IMG/VR virus record: IMGVR_UViG_3300032770_000011 | Span: 39,400 to 103,399 of that record | Reading direction: 5' to 3' (one strand) | From: a virus | DNA length: 64,000 nucleotides | Shown here: positions 35,491 to 45,364 of the stretch, piece by piece | How the letters are laid out: each line of letters opens with the position of its first letter | Position numbering within the stretch: position 1 is the stretch's first letter | Notes under the pieces: model-generated | Told to the model about the DNA's origin: nothing | What the model saw: only the letters and a program-made list of their open reading frames with translations | The model's database searches: none | Made by a program: the position numbers and the translations under genes

Positions 35491-36417
35491 TTAACCCATT
35501 CCTAAAGCACGAGCGGTAGCAAGGAGCAGCGGTGAGATCCCATCAGAAGCATGAAAGGGCTCGCTAAAGGCATCCAAGATTTCCAGACCGCGCCCTGCTG
35601 CCGACTCACTTTTCGAATTCATAATCACAGTAGAAACATACGCTCGAACAATGTGTCGAACCGTTTCGGGATTGACTTCCTGCAATCCAGCAATGATCTT
35701 CTGGGCCTGAGGCCAGGTTGTCCCTTTCACTAAGGCACGAGCCAGCGTTACTGCTTCCTCTGATTCCAGCGCCGACCGCAAGAGCTCCTTCGCTTCCGCC
35801 AGTGAGGTTGCCGCTGCGCAAGCCGCTAGGTTCACTAACGCCTGACGTGGACTGCCCTCTGCTTCACGAGCGCAAAGCACCAGAACGTCATCATCGATAT
35901 TGATCTTTTCCTTATTGGCCACGACGTCCAGCAAATCCAACAGGTCTGCTTCGGCAACCGGCTTCAAGTCATAAGTCGTGCACCGCGTACGGATTGCTTT
36001 TGGAACGCGGGCTGGCTCTGTGGTACAGAGAAACCACCAGACGTGCTCCGGAGGTTCTTCAAGTATCTTGAGCAATGCCTTCGTTGCGGCAGCAGACAAA
36101 GCGTGACACTCATCAATGATGATCGCTTTCGTAGCGCCTTCACCTAGCGGCTTGTAGATGACGTTTGCTGTTACCGAACGGATATCATCGATGCCGGTAT
36201 GGGTTGCGGCATCAATCTCCAGTAGATCATCGGGGCGGCAACCAGATTCCTTTGCTACAATGCGGGCCAGTGTGGTTTTGCCGGTACCCGAAGGTCCTGT
36301 GAATAGAAAGGTCTTACTAGACCCCCGCTTGAGTACGTCTTGTAAGGACCGGACAACTACGGGCTGCCCCACAATCTCTTTGAAAGTACTGGGACGATAT
36401 TTGGTTATAAGAGCCAT
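35491..36417 (-). CDS. Clamp loader, DnaX-like AAA+
   Basis: KYRPSTF.EIVGQ; GPSGTGKTT; IIDECH; LLKILEEPP; TRC. Confidence 0.92.
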   Translation of the reverse strand: MALITKYRPSTFKEIVGQPVVVRSLQDVLKRGSSKTFLFTGPSGTGKTTLARIVAKESGCRPDDLLEIDAATHTGIDDIRSVTANVIYKPLGEGATKAIIIDECHALSAAATKALLKILEEPPEHVWWFLCTTEPARVPKAIRTRCTTYDLKPVAEADLLDLLDVVANKEKINIDDDVLVLCAREAEGSPRQALVNLAACAAATSLAEAKELLRSALESEEAVTLARALVKGTTWPQAQKIIAGLQEVNPETVRHIVRAYVSTVIMNSKSESAAGRGLEILDAFSEPFHASDGISPLLLATARALGMG

Positions 36418-39012
36418 TCAGGAAAACCATTCATTCGAAGAGTAAGTTCCAACCTCTTCCATGTTCATCCAATCAGTGCCCACAGACATTTCAACTGTAA
36501 TAGGTACGATCTTCGCCCACTCAAACGGCACTGCCAGCATTTCCGTAATTACTGCTTCAGCTACAAAATCAACCTTCTTGAGCGGTACCCGAATGAACGT
36601 CAAATCGTCATGAACATTTATCTCAGGCTGAAGAAGCATATCCTGCTTACTACTCAACCTATCCATACTATCGGCGAAGATCTCGGCAGCGGTCCCTTGA
36701 ACCGGATTATTCAGTATCTGATTTGTTGATAACGGTCCGCGCCGCCGCCGCCCAGTAAGACACTCCACATAACCCCACTTTTTATAGAACTCAATCTGCC
36801 GCTCCTGCCATTCCTTGATACCAGCAAATTCTTTCCAGAATTGATTGAACTGTGGACGAATGATGTGCTCTGGAATTGATAAGTAGCCGGCAGCGGATTC
36901 AGCCTTTGCCCCGTACACAAGCGGAAACGTCCATTGATTTTTTATATCACCACGAAACTTCTTAAGCGCCAGCTTGTCCTTCAAATACCGCTTACCACCG
37001 ATCCTAGCTGGATAAGCATAAGCCAACCGTTCCGTCCAATCCATATGGACGTCATAACCCTCCCACAACTGCTGACAGAATACTTTATCCTTTGTGAACA
37101 TCGCAATGACACGGGCCTCAATCTGTCCGTAGTCGAAAGCTAGAATCACATGGCCCGGTTCCGCAACAATCTGCTTTCTAACTTCAATTGATTGAAGCTC
37201 TTCCTTCGATAGAACTGCCTCAGGGACCTCCTTGTCACGCTTTGGAAAATTCTGCAGATTCGGCCCCTCGCAACTAAACCGCCCGGTTTCTGCGAAGAAC
37301 GTGTTAAACTGCGCGTGCAGTAAGCCGTCAGGATAGACCGTCGAAGTTGGGCTACCTACCTCCAAAGGAGCAACATAGACTGAGTACCGCTTATTGAACT
37401 TCCTCAACCGCAACATTGCTTCCGCAAAAGGATCGTGTATCTTGGAAAGAACGTTTTCTTCGGTTGAATATTCCTGTTTCTTCGTATACTTATTTTCGAC
37501 TATTATTTCCGGCCGATGCAATAGGTCTTTCAATACAAAAAGAGTATCGGGGTTAGACTGCGGATTAAACTTACGACCACGCTTGCGCTCAAATTCCTTT
37601 ACAACGGGAAGCGCCTTAATCTTTTCTTCGCTTTTCCTAATTTCATCCGTGTATTTCTTCTTTAGGCGAGCAACTTCGGTTTGGTCTACCGTAACCCCTT
37701 TGTACTGCGCTAAGACAACAGAGGGAACCCTACGCAGCCCTAATTCATAAACATCAGAAAGGTCTTCTTGCTCCAATCGTTCTGCTTGCTTTTCCCAGAG
37801 CAGGCAATGATACCGCGCATCGGGTGCGTTGTAGAGTAATACGGCTTCAAGCGGGGTTGACTCCAGGTTCTTGCGGTCAACGCCTGCAATCTTCTTCAGA
37901 TTGAAACCGAAGTACTGCTGAACTAAGAACTCCAAGGAGAGCGGCCCAGCCTTCTTGTTGCCCTTGCGCTCATCTAGAATCGAAGCCTGGGTAGCAGTGT
38001 CACCCCATTTTCCCGCGTAGAGAAGTTCTGGCCCAAACTCAACCGCCGTCCACTCCATTTCGAATGCGGCGTTGTGCACCGCCTTCACGCCTTTGGCTTC
38101 CTTCAGGAAGCGCCCCCAATAGTGTCCTATCTCCTCGCGCTCGGCTTTGTTCCAAGTTGCTTCAGGGTGATCTATAGGGAAAGCAATAGCACGGTCGCCA
38201 TTTGCCACCGCTGCCGTCAGTATCTTGGCGTTCGCTTCATAGGGGCGCAAGCAACTCGTTTCATAATCCATTCCCACAACCGGAAGCTTCGCAGCCCAGG
38301 CCAGCGCTGCCTTCACCTTCGCCAGCCCTACAGCACCCCCTTCGGTAATGATTTCTACGTTGCGCCGGGCATCCTCAGCGGAGTGAACAATCGGTGGAGG
38401 TAGGTTCTCCACTTCGGCGAAAGCTCGCGCCATATCCAGGCCGAAGATATGCTCTTCTTCTGACACATTCCCCTTGCGCCGTGAGTGTAGCAGGTAGGCT
38501 GGGTGCAGCATCGAATAGAACCAGCAGACATGCTTCCCCACCTTCACCGGCATTCTACGACCACGCCAGAGGGTCGTCCCGCTGAATCCGGATACCCATT
38601 CCAACGGGATATTTCCAAATCCGAAAATAGCGCGTGGACGCGATTGCTCTATGTCTTTTTGAACTGAAGGGCGACAGCATTCGATCATTACAAAGTCCGG
38701 CGTGGCGTTGTTTTCGGGCCGCGACCGCACTGTGTTATTGAAACGAACCTTGTCTCTGAAAGCGCGGGGTATCTTACTACGTAAAATCTGGCCGCTGTCG
38801 CCTACGAATTGTTCCTGTTCTTCTGCCTCGTGCTTTCCAGCGGCTTCGCCTAAGATGTATACCAATGGGCGTTCTGCCCCTGTAGGGGCTATCTTGCTAC
38901 CGAAGGTCTTATCTAATGGGCAAGCACGACACTCAAGTTTATGCAGTAGCGCAACATCGTTTGCGCCGCGCACATTGAGAGCTGGGGCATTCTGCGATAG
39001 AAGGAAAGACAT
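36418..39012 (-). CDS. polA: Family A DNA polymerase with N-terminal UDG family-4-like domain
   Basis: GEAAG, RPENNATP, LHPAY; exonuclease DYET, HNAAFE; TGRFS, DYGQIEAR, NNPVQG, VHDD. Confidence 0.92.
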   Translation of the reverse strand: MSFLLSQNAPALNVRGANDVALLHKLECRACPLDKTFGSKIAPTGAERPLVYILGEAAGKHEAEEQEQFVGDSGQILRSKIPRAFRDKVRFNNTVRSRPENNATPDFVMIECCRPSVQKDIEQSRPRAIFGFGNIPLEWVSGFSGTTLWRGRRMPVKVGKHVCWFYSMLHPAYLLHSRRKGNVSEEEHIFGLDMARAFAEVENLPPPIVHSAEDARRNVEIITEGGAVGLAKVKAALAWAAKLPVVGMDYETSCLRPYEANAKILTAAVANGDRAIAFPIDHPEATWNKAEREEIGHYWGRFLKEAKGVKAVHNAAFEMEWTAVEFGPELLYAGKWGDTATQASILDERKGNKKAGPLSLEFLVQQYFGFNLKKIAGVDRKNLESTPLEAVLLYNAPDARYHCLLWEKQAERLEQEDLSDVYELGLRRVPSVVLAQYKGVTVDQTEVARLKKKYTDEIRKSEEKIKALPVVKEFERKRGRKFNPQSNPDTLFVLKDLLHRPEIIVENKYTKKQEYSTEENVLSKIHDPFAEAMLRLRKFNKRYSVYVAPLEVGSPTSTVYPDGLLHAQFNTFFAETGRFSCEGPNLQNFPKRDKEVPEAVLSKEELQSIEVRKQIVAEPGHVILAFDYGQIEARVIAMFTKDKVFCQQLWEGYDVHMDWTERLAYAYPARIGGKRYLKDKLALKKFRGDIKNQWTFPLVYGAKAESAAGYLSIPEHIIRPQFNQFWKEFAGIKEWQERQIEFYKKWGYVECLTGRRRRGPLSTNQILNNPVQGTAAEIFADSMDRLSSKQDMLLQPEINVHDDLTFIRVPLKKVDFVAEAVITEMLAVPFEWAKIVPITVEMSVGTDWMNMEEVGTYSSNEWFS

Positions 39013-39263
39013 TAAAGAAATCTATTTAACCAACCTAAGCCTTGGCTGAATGTCTTCTGGATTCATAAGATATCTTGGAATAGGGCGCGTACGAAACTCA
39101 CAGAACACAACGCCATCAGGTATAGCACTACTAATCGGAACGTAAAACCGGAAACTGATTGTCTCCTCTATTTCTTTGCTCAACATTCCCCTTTCAATTT
39201 CGTAGCGCAATTCGTACAACAACTTCTCGATTCGCTCCTGACGAAAGTTTTGTGGAGCGTCGT

Positions 39264-40310
39264 TCACTGCGCTGCCACCACATAAATGAAGCCGCCGCTA
39301 CCTTGCAACATCAAGGACTCCTCCGTCACGGAGAAGCTTTCGGAGTAACTCAACCCCCGCCTGATCATACCGGCCAGGACCCGTAATTTCGCTTCCGGTA
39401 GCTTGCCCTCCAAAGGCAGCGTCTCCTGTAGCGAGCCCAAGCCGTAGCTGCCTTGAAGCTGCAGCCCAGACCCATTAACGCCTACATTCAGGAAGGCTTC
39501 ATCCTTACCGGAGAGGATTTCTGCCCGAGAGAGTGCCGCTTCCAGACCAGCTGGCAACTCAACCGTCTTCTCGTGCTCCTCCAATTGCCGGTCGATGATC
39601 TCGCCCAGCTTGCGCGTACCCGAGACGTCCAGCACATTGGAGTAGAGTTCTACATTCTCCGTGGCTGCGATCAGGCAGTCCTCCATCACGTAAAGGTCAA
39701 CCCCTTCCGGAGCCTGCGATACGATCTCCTCGGCAAAGTTGAAGGGCAACAGGACCTTCTCGAACTCGGCGGTCTTACCTGCACCTTTCAGCGTAACCGC
39801 CGCCATACTCTTGCTGTCAGTGGAGAATAACGTGAGGTCATTCTTGCTGGCTTCGAGCATGACCCCATAATGCTCCACCCGCGTCTGGGGCGAAGCCTTG
39901 ACGAAAAGTACCTTACGGAGAGCTTCGATGAATTCCTCATCGAGTGTCGTGGGGGTTGCACCCTTCGGCAATTTGATTGGGAAGCTCCAGACCTTACGCT
40001 CAAGGTCAAGTAGCGCCAGCTTGGATGTTGACTTGCCCATCTTGACAAGTAAAGAACTACCAGATTGCTCCAGTGTGGCTTCTTTTAGAGCAGACGTGCC
40101 TAGAAGGTTGATCAACGGCGTACCAGGTACCCCACAGGAGAGATCCGTTTCGAGAGGCAACTTGATACCAAAGCCGCCGTCGTAGGCGTAAGCGAACTTA
40201 CCGTCAAACCAAATATGATTCAATTCCTGAACCACCCCACCTGACGCCAGCGCAGGCTTGACTAGCCCCAACGACTTGATGAAATCCTCACGTTCGATTT
40301 TCACCACCAA
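39264..40310 (-). CDS. Sliding clamp, DnaN-like
   Basis: 348 aa; LFSTD motif; next to polymerase and clamp loader. Confidence 0.7.
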   Translation of the reverse strand: MVVKIEREDFIKSLGLVKPALASGGVVQELNHIWFDGKFAYAYDGGFGIKLPLETDLSCGVPGTPLINLLGTSALKEATLEQSGSSLLVKMGKSTSKLALLDLERKVWSFPIKLPKGATPTTLDEEFIEALRKVLFVKASPQTRVEHYGVMLEASKNDLTLFSTDSKSMAAVTLKGAGKTAEFEKVLLPFNFAEEIVSQAPEGVDLYVMEDCLIAATENVELYSNVLDVSGTRKLGEIIDRQLEEHEKTVELPAGLEAALSRAEILSGKDEAFLNVGVNGSGLQLQGSYGLGSLQETLPLEGKLPEAKLRVLAGMIRRGLSYSESFSVTEESLMLQGSGGFIYVVAAQ

Positions 40311-40582
40311 ATTCCCTTCATAAGATGTTTTGGCGTAGTTCCTAGAGCACGTGCGAAATCCTCAACGCGGTCTAATAGAAATCTCTGCCGTCCAGTTTCT
40401 ATGTTGGCCAAAGAAGCCCGCGTGACCTTATGGCCCGCTAACCGCTTTACAAGCTCTTCTTGGCTCAAGCCCAAGGTCTCACGAATAAGCCGAATCCGAG
40501 ACCCTAGTGCTTGATGGCACGCTTCTATCTGATCACGCATCGCTTTGCCCAATTCTTGGAGAATAGTGATTCTCTTCCTCAA
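40301..40582 (-). CDS. XRE-family HTH regulator
   Basis: IRETLGLSQEEL..RASLANIETG. Confidence 0.85.
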   Translation of the reverse strand: MRKRITILQELGKAMRDQIEACHQALGSRIRLIRETLGLSQEELVKRLAGHKVTRASLANIETGRQRFLLDRVEDFARALGTTPKHLMKGIWW

Positions 40583-41009
40583 GAGGGACCGGGTCTGGGT
40601 CCTTTACTGCACGGGCGTCCGCTTCGTCCATCAATAGAAACAGCAACTCTCTTGCTGCATCCAGGTCCTCCAATTCCGTCCAGACGCATAGCCGTTCGAT
40701 GAAGGCTCTTTCCAGATCATTAAGATCATTCGCCTTGCACATATCCGCGACCTGCGCCCAAATATAGGGCAATTCTTGCTGTACCCGCTTCGGTAACGTA
40801 GCAGGATTCTCGCGGCGGTACTCCTCCAGCTTACTCAGGAAATGAAGTGCTTTCTCCAAATCCCTCTTGCCATCCTTCTTACGCCACCGCGTCACGTACT
40901 TCGTAATGCAGCCTTCATGGTAGGGCATATGAAGTTTAAGGCACATGTCCCAGTGCTCATAGGGAACCTTGTAGTGCCGCCCGGATACCTGATAGTCGTT
41001 AGCTTTCAT
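40533..41009 (-). CDS. DUF3310-like protein
   Basis: QVSGRHYK..WD..G..TKYVTRW.KK.G..DLEKA. Confidence 0.75.
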   Translation of the reverse strand: MKANDYQVSGRHYKVPYEHWDMCLKLHMPYHEGCITKYVTRWRKKDGKRDLEKALHFLSKLEEYRRENPATLPKRVQQELPYIWAQVADMCKANDLNDLERAFIERLCVWTELEDLDAARELLFLLMDEADARAVKDPDPVPLEEENHYSPRIGQSDA

Positions 41010-41571
41010 TCTTAGGTTTCCTTAACTTAATCCCATAAGACCAGCCTATTGGGACTACGGTACCAGGCCTCACTCTTCGACGGGTGTGCCCGTTATTTAT
41101 CCAGAGCAGCCCTGTATTGCCGCACCCGTTCTTATTACCCAACATACCCCTCGCAATTTTTGTATGGTCACGCTCTGCTAGGTTTTCCCGATTAGTGATA
41201 ATTTTAACGTTACCAACTGCGTACGGCCCCTCATCTCCAAAACGAGCCATACAATAGCCATCCAGCCCAAAGCGAGTTCCACGCTGTTCTAGCTTTCCAG
41301 AATCCTGCCAAATACTAATCCATTCTTGGTACGTGAGCAGAAATTCAATATCCTGTCGGTTAGCACGCCATTTATGCTGTTCAAATGCTCCCCAATACGG
41401 AGGTCGTCGTATTGGCCCCCAATGTGCACAAGAAGCTTTAGCGGCACCACCAGCTTTCATTCTAGCACTTGCGTCAGGACGCTTACGCCCACGATTGCAA
41501 TGCCCTTTTAACCAAGTTCGACCTACATTTATACGTCCCCCACACCCACAAGCACAAACAGCCTTAGACAT
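40999..41571 (-). CDS. Putative HNH-type homing endonuclease
   Basis: CACGCG; LTYQEW..IW; YCMARFGDEGPYAVGNV. Confidence 0.7.
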   Translation of the reverse strand: MSKAVCACGCGGRINVGRTWLKGHCNRGRKRPDASARMKAGGAAKASCAHWGPIRRPPYWGAFEQHKWRANRQDIEFLLTYQEWISIWQDSGKLEQRGTRFGLDGYCMARFGDEGPYAVGNVKIITNRENLAERDHTKIARGMLGNKNGCGNTGLLWINNGHTRRRVRPGTVVPIGWSYGIKLRKPKNES

Positions 41572-42640
41572 TCGCGGTCCTTGCTTCTTGCTTAGACATA
41601 CGGGCGAGGCGACGGTCCATCCAGGCTAGGCAGGCCATTTTCCAATCCGGAGACATATTCTCCACCGCCGCAAGTATCTGCCGTGCCTTCTGGCGGTCAC
41701 CAGTTCGCCATTCTCTATGAGCAAGATACATTGGTGTTGCGGTGTCCCGGAACCAAGGATTGGCATAAAGGACGGTCGTGCGTCCCGGCAATTCGAAGTC
41801 TGTCCACCCCATAAAGGCTTCAAGGTCGTCGTCCCAGCTTTCCCAATAAACGCCGAGTGACTCTATACCAGGATACTTTACTTCACTCAGTGGGGTCTCC
41901 AGTTTGCCAAGAATACTGGTATACAGATGACAGTTATTTGCGATCTGGTAATAATGGCCTGCGCCTATTCCTAATCGCCCTGCAATGTACCGCTGCAGAA
42001 AAGAGAACTGTACGGCATTTGCCCCTGTCATCCCCCAGACAAAATCATTCGACCGACAACAGACTGTAATATCTAAAAGGCTAGGCCAGTACCCGCCATC
42101 ACCATAATCATTACCACGCTGCTCCTTTCGTACTCGGAAATACACATGAGTATTGCAAGGAAGATCCTTCCTATTTGCACCTAAATCAGCAACCGGGTCC
42201 CACATTGTCAGAACACAGCGGCGGTCTCGGGGGTTCTTTTGCAGCAACTCAATAATTGTTTCGAGTTGATCCGGCAGATTCGGGCTGCCGCCGCCTTCCA
42301 CATCAAAGTGTTTCCGCCAGCGGAAGCCGTAGGAGCCGTGAAGGCGGCCATCCTCCTCAGCAAAGCGTGAACTGAAATCAGATACGAATTGATCCAGCCA
42401 ACGGGCGTCATTCCGACCAGACAGAAGCCACAGTGACTCAAAAACATGGAAGAAGGGATTTGCGTCTCGTGAGGGGTCAAAAAGCACACACTCCCAAGGG
42501 CGCTCGTAGACAATTACGACTGGCGTAGGCGCAACGAGAACTTCTCCAGCACGAGAGTCCTGAAGTTCGCCGTAATCACAAATATGCCGTAAGCCTTTGG
42601 CATACGCCTCGTTTACGTTACGGACTTCGATGACCTTCAT
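41564..42640 (-). CDS. Thymidylate synthase superfamily, probable dUMP hydroxymethylase
   Basis: RDANPFFH; DLPCN; RSND..WG...N; HLY; next to 5hmdU-modifying genes. Confidence 0.8.
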   Translation of the reverse strand: MKVIEVRNVNEAYAKGLRHICDYGELQDSRAGEVLVAPTPVVIVYERPWECVLFDPSRDANPFFHVFESLWLLSGRNDARWLDQFVSDFSSRFAEEDGRLHGSYGFRWRKHFDVEGGGSPNLPDQLETIIELLQKNPRDRRCVLTMWDPVADLGANRKDLPCNTHVYFRVRKEQRGNDYGDGGYWPSLLDITVCCRSNDFVWGMTGANAVQFSFLQRYIAGRLGIGAGHYYQIANNCHLYTSILGKLETPLSEVKYPGIESLGVYWESWDDDLEAFMGWTDFELPGRTTVLYANPWFRDTATPMYLAHREWRTGDRQKARQILAAVENMSPDWKMACLAWMDRRLARMSKQEARTANV

Positions 42641-42646
42641 ATATCC

Positions 42647-43486
42647 TCACAAGAGAGATATCTGTGGAACATACTTGCGCTTGGGGTGACCTTCACCTAG
42701 ACGCGCCTTTTCATACTTTGAGTACTCACAAAGGCAGTTCTGGACGTTTTGCGCAGATAATGGGTGCAACCCTGCTGCCTTCAATTCTGGCGTAATCTCT
42801 TCACGAAGCTTTGCCAATTCTGCTCGCCAATCTTCCTCACGCCAAGGAGCCTCGACCGGACGCCTCAGAAGTCTATTCAAACCCCGTTTAGACCCTGGCC
42901 CAGAAGCCGCAAAGTCCCACCAATCCGTTGCCGACTTGAGAGGCTCGACGATCTTGACATCTGCAACGATCTGAGCGGCGAGAAAACTTCCCAACCCATA
43001 ACAAGAAAGCAACCGTTGATGAAAGCCATCCAGAGTGTCGCCTACTTTCGGTCGCAGCTTCTCCCGTTTCTTCCAAAGCGGTCCGAAGACCATCTTCTGC
43101 AGATAGACATACTTCTCCTGCCCCGGCAGCTTCGAACTGATCATGTAAGCGCCATTGAAAATCTGAAGCTTCTGCCGTCGCCGCTTGGAGAGCACCTTGG
43201 CAAATTTGCGGCTGTCCCAAGGTACCGGATAGCCAATTTCCGTCAGCGTCTCCGGCAGATTGATAAATCGGGCAACGACAGCGGCAAACCAGACGTCGGG
43301 GTCGCGCTTATGGGGCAGAATCCAGTTCCCCGCAATCCAACGGGTTACGACATCAAGGCTCCTATAGGCGTTGCAGAATCTATACGAAGACATTATCGGA
43401 TCCGAAGTCCAAGGTGGGGGTAGACCCGCTTCCTTCTTCTGCCGGATACTCTCCCGTTCCTTGACCCACGCCACTAGGGGATTCAT
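42647..43486 (-). CDS. 5hmdU DNA kinase helical domain (aGPT-Pplase1 family)
   Basis: ERESIR.KKE.G.PPPWT.DPI...RFCN..R; GSFLAAQI..D; GPGS.RGL; QNCLCEYSKY. Confidence 0.8.
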   Translation of the reverse strand: MNPLVAWVKERESIRQKKEAGLPPPWTSDPIMSSYRFCNAYRSLDVVTRWIAGNWILPHKRDPDVWFAAVVARFINLPETLTEIGYPVPWDSRKFAKVLSKRRRQKLQIFNGAYMISSKLPGQEKYVYLQKMVFGPLWKKREKLRPKVGDTLDGFHQRLLSCYGLGSFLAAQIVADVKIVEPLKSATDWWDFAASGPGSKRGLNRLLRRPVEAPWREEDWRAELAKLREEITPELKAAGLHPLSAQNVQNCLCEYSKYEKARLGEGHPKRKYVPQISLL

Positions 43487-44052
43487 TTGGCACTCCGAAG
43501 CAGCTTCAATATCTCGTCCTGCCCATTCTCCATCGTCACGTCAACCACCCGCACCTTACCCGCTTCGGTAATCGACCGCCGACTGATTTCAACCTGCTTG
43601 AACTTGATGATCACGTTCTTCGGATCAAAGTCACGGATATCCTTCTTCGCAGCACGGCGCTTCTTCACGTGTTCGATACAGACTTCGAGTGGAGTATTCA
43701 GGAAAGCGAACACTGCTTCCTGTCCCCACTTTGAAACCAGTTCCCCTACACGGCCGAAACTTGAACTGACGATAGCCCCTTCGAAAAGAAGGTTGCCCTT
43801 GCTTCCATAGCGTTCAATCAAATCAAGCAGAATGTCATAGGGATGAATGAGGTCGCACCCGCCCGTTGCCGCTGCGTAGTAAGGCCCTAGAATATAGACC
43901 GGCTTCTTCACCTTCGTAACCTTGCACTCGTAGGCTTCAGGGCGCTTCGGGCCTAGGGCACCGTAGATAGGCTTACCGCCAAACTTCTCCAGTATGCCCC
44001 GCACGATGGTACTCTTACCTGATCCGAAGGCTCCTCTCACACTGATGATCAT
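43483..44052 (-). CDS. P-loop kinase, 5hmdU DNA kinase-associated
   Basis: RGAFGSGKST; LGPY..TGGCD; FEG; LNTPLEVC..RR. Confidence 0.8.
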   Translation of the reverse strand: MIISVRGAFGSGKSTIVRGILEKFGGKPIYGALGPKRPEAYECKVTKVKKPVYILGPYYAAATGGCDLIHPYDILLDLIERYGSKGNLLFEGAIVSSSFGRVGELVSKWGQEAVFAFLNTPLEVCIEHVKKRRAAKKDIRDFDPKNVIIKFKQVEISRRSITEAGKVRVVDVTMENGQDEILKLLRSAK

Positions 44053-44621
44053 TCTAAGCCCAAAAGCTCCAGTATCTTCGGCAAGCCTTCATTGCGAGTA
44101 ATCTTGAAGACCCTTGCACCGGCATCACGCATTTTAGCGCAATAGTTCTCCGCCCGCTTGTAGTTTCCGACCGTGTTCTCCTTGTTCTCCAACGCACCCT
44201 TACCGCGCTCCGCTCGGCGCGAATTGATCGACGCCATGCAAGTCGCTAGCGGAGTCGTCAATTGCAGAATGCAGAGCTCGCGACCAACCTCAGCGGCAAG
44301 CTGAGGACCGCGCGTCATATTCATGACGAAGAGGCCTTCATAGAGAACATGACAACCTTCCTCATACTTTTCCTTGACTATCTGAAAGAGGCCAGAGACA
44401 TCGTGAATGGTGTCACACCCTCCGGTCGGGGTTCGGTAACTTCCGACGATGTAAAGCGGGCGCGACTTCGAAGGAAGAGAAGTAACGAGGTAGCCAATAG
44501 GCGCTTCGCGACCTTCGATGAACTTTTCTTTGACGGTGCCGTGCTTCTTTGCCCAGTCCAGAAAGGACCGCATCAAATGCGACTTCCCTGAGCCGCTAGT
44601 ACCCGCTATCGAAATCAACAC
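44049..44621 (-). CDS. Second P-loop kinase paralog
   Basis: GTSGSGKS; VGSY..TGGCDTI; YEG; LTTPLATC..RR. Confidence 0.8.
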   Translation of the reverse strand: MLISIAGTSGSGKSHLMRSFLDWAKKHGTVKEKFIEGREAPIGYLVTSLPSKSRPLYIVGSYRTPTGGCDTIHDVSGLFQIVKEKYEEGCHVLYEGLFVMNMTRGPQLAAEVGRELCILQLTTPLATCMASINSRRAERGKGALENKENTVGNYKRAENYCAKMRDAGARVFKITRNEGLPKILELLGLE

Positions 44622-45364
44622 AGCCCGCTCGCCTCTACAATTGCCCTAGGGTTCTTGATTTCCTCAATCCGAAGCTTCGCCTTCTCTAAGGCAAATAGCT
44701 GGAATGAGGTATCACGGAAATAAGCTACCTTCAATAAGTTCCAACCGTTGTGCTTCATGTAGAACCTTCGTAGCGCCTTGAAATACTCCTCAAGGCAACT
44801 GATCGGTTCTTCTACATATTTCTCGTAAGCCTTGAAGGAAGTCTTGCCGTAACGGAAATAGAAGACCGAACAATCATTCAGAATCACGAACTTTCTTGCG
44901 GCATTAAAGGCCCGGTTGAGTACTACACCATAATCCGTCGTCAAGTAGCGTTTCAAAGTGAAATCATTGAAATCCAGAAAGATGACGTCGGTACTCGGAA
45001 AGGTCATTGTCAGGACATCCTGCCCAGTCGCTTTCCCTCCGAAATTCAGATCCAGAATTCTACGGCAGGACGCGTCAGTATCATTCAGGATCGTCTTACC
45101 CTTGTCAAATATCCGGGCGCTTAATCCTACCCCTCCCAGAGGCTCTAGGAAGGATCTATAGCCTCCAAGCTCTTCCATCCGGGCCTTGATAGCTTCCAGA
45201 CAGAGAAGTTTGCTAGGCAGCGTCTTCAGCCGATAGGCAGGCTTTCTCAATCGGGAACTCAGTTTCGCCACATAAGGGGTATGGCCGTCGAAAGCCGCTG
45301 TCTCCGGCTGAGCCAGTTCTGCCGGGATAACGATAGGCGGGTAACCTTTGATGGTGATCTTCAC
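44615..45364 (-). CDS. SAM-dependent methyltransferase-like protein
   Basis: FLEPLGGVG; ILND.D; DVIFLDFN. Confidence 0.55.
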   Translation of the reverse strand: MKITIKGYPPIVIPAELAQPETAAFDGHTPYVAKLSSRLRKPAYRLKTLPSKLLCLEAIKARMEELGGYRSFLEPLGGVGLSARIFDKGKTILNDTDASCRRILDLNFGGKATGQDVLTMTFPSTDVIFLDFNDFTLKRYLTTDYGVVLNRAFNAARKFVILNDCSVFYFRYGKTSFKAYEKYVEEPISCLEEYFKALRRFYMKHNGWNLLKVAYFRDTSFQLFALEKAKLRIEEIKNPRAIVEASGLC

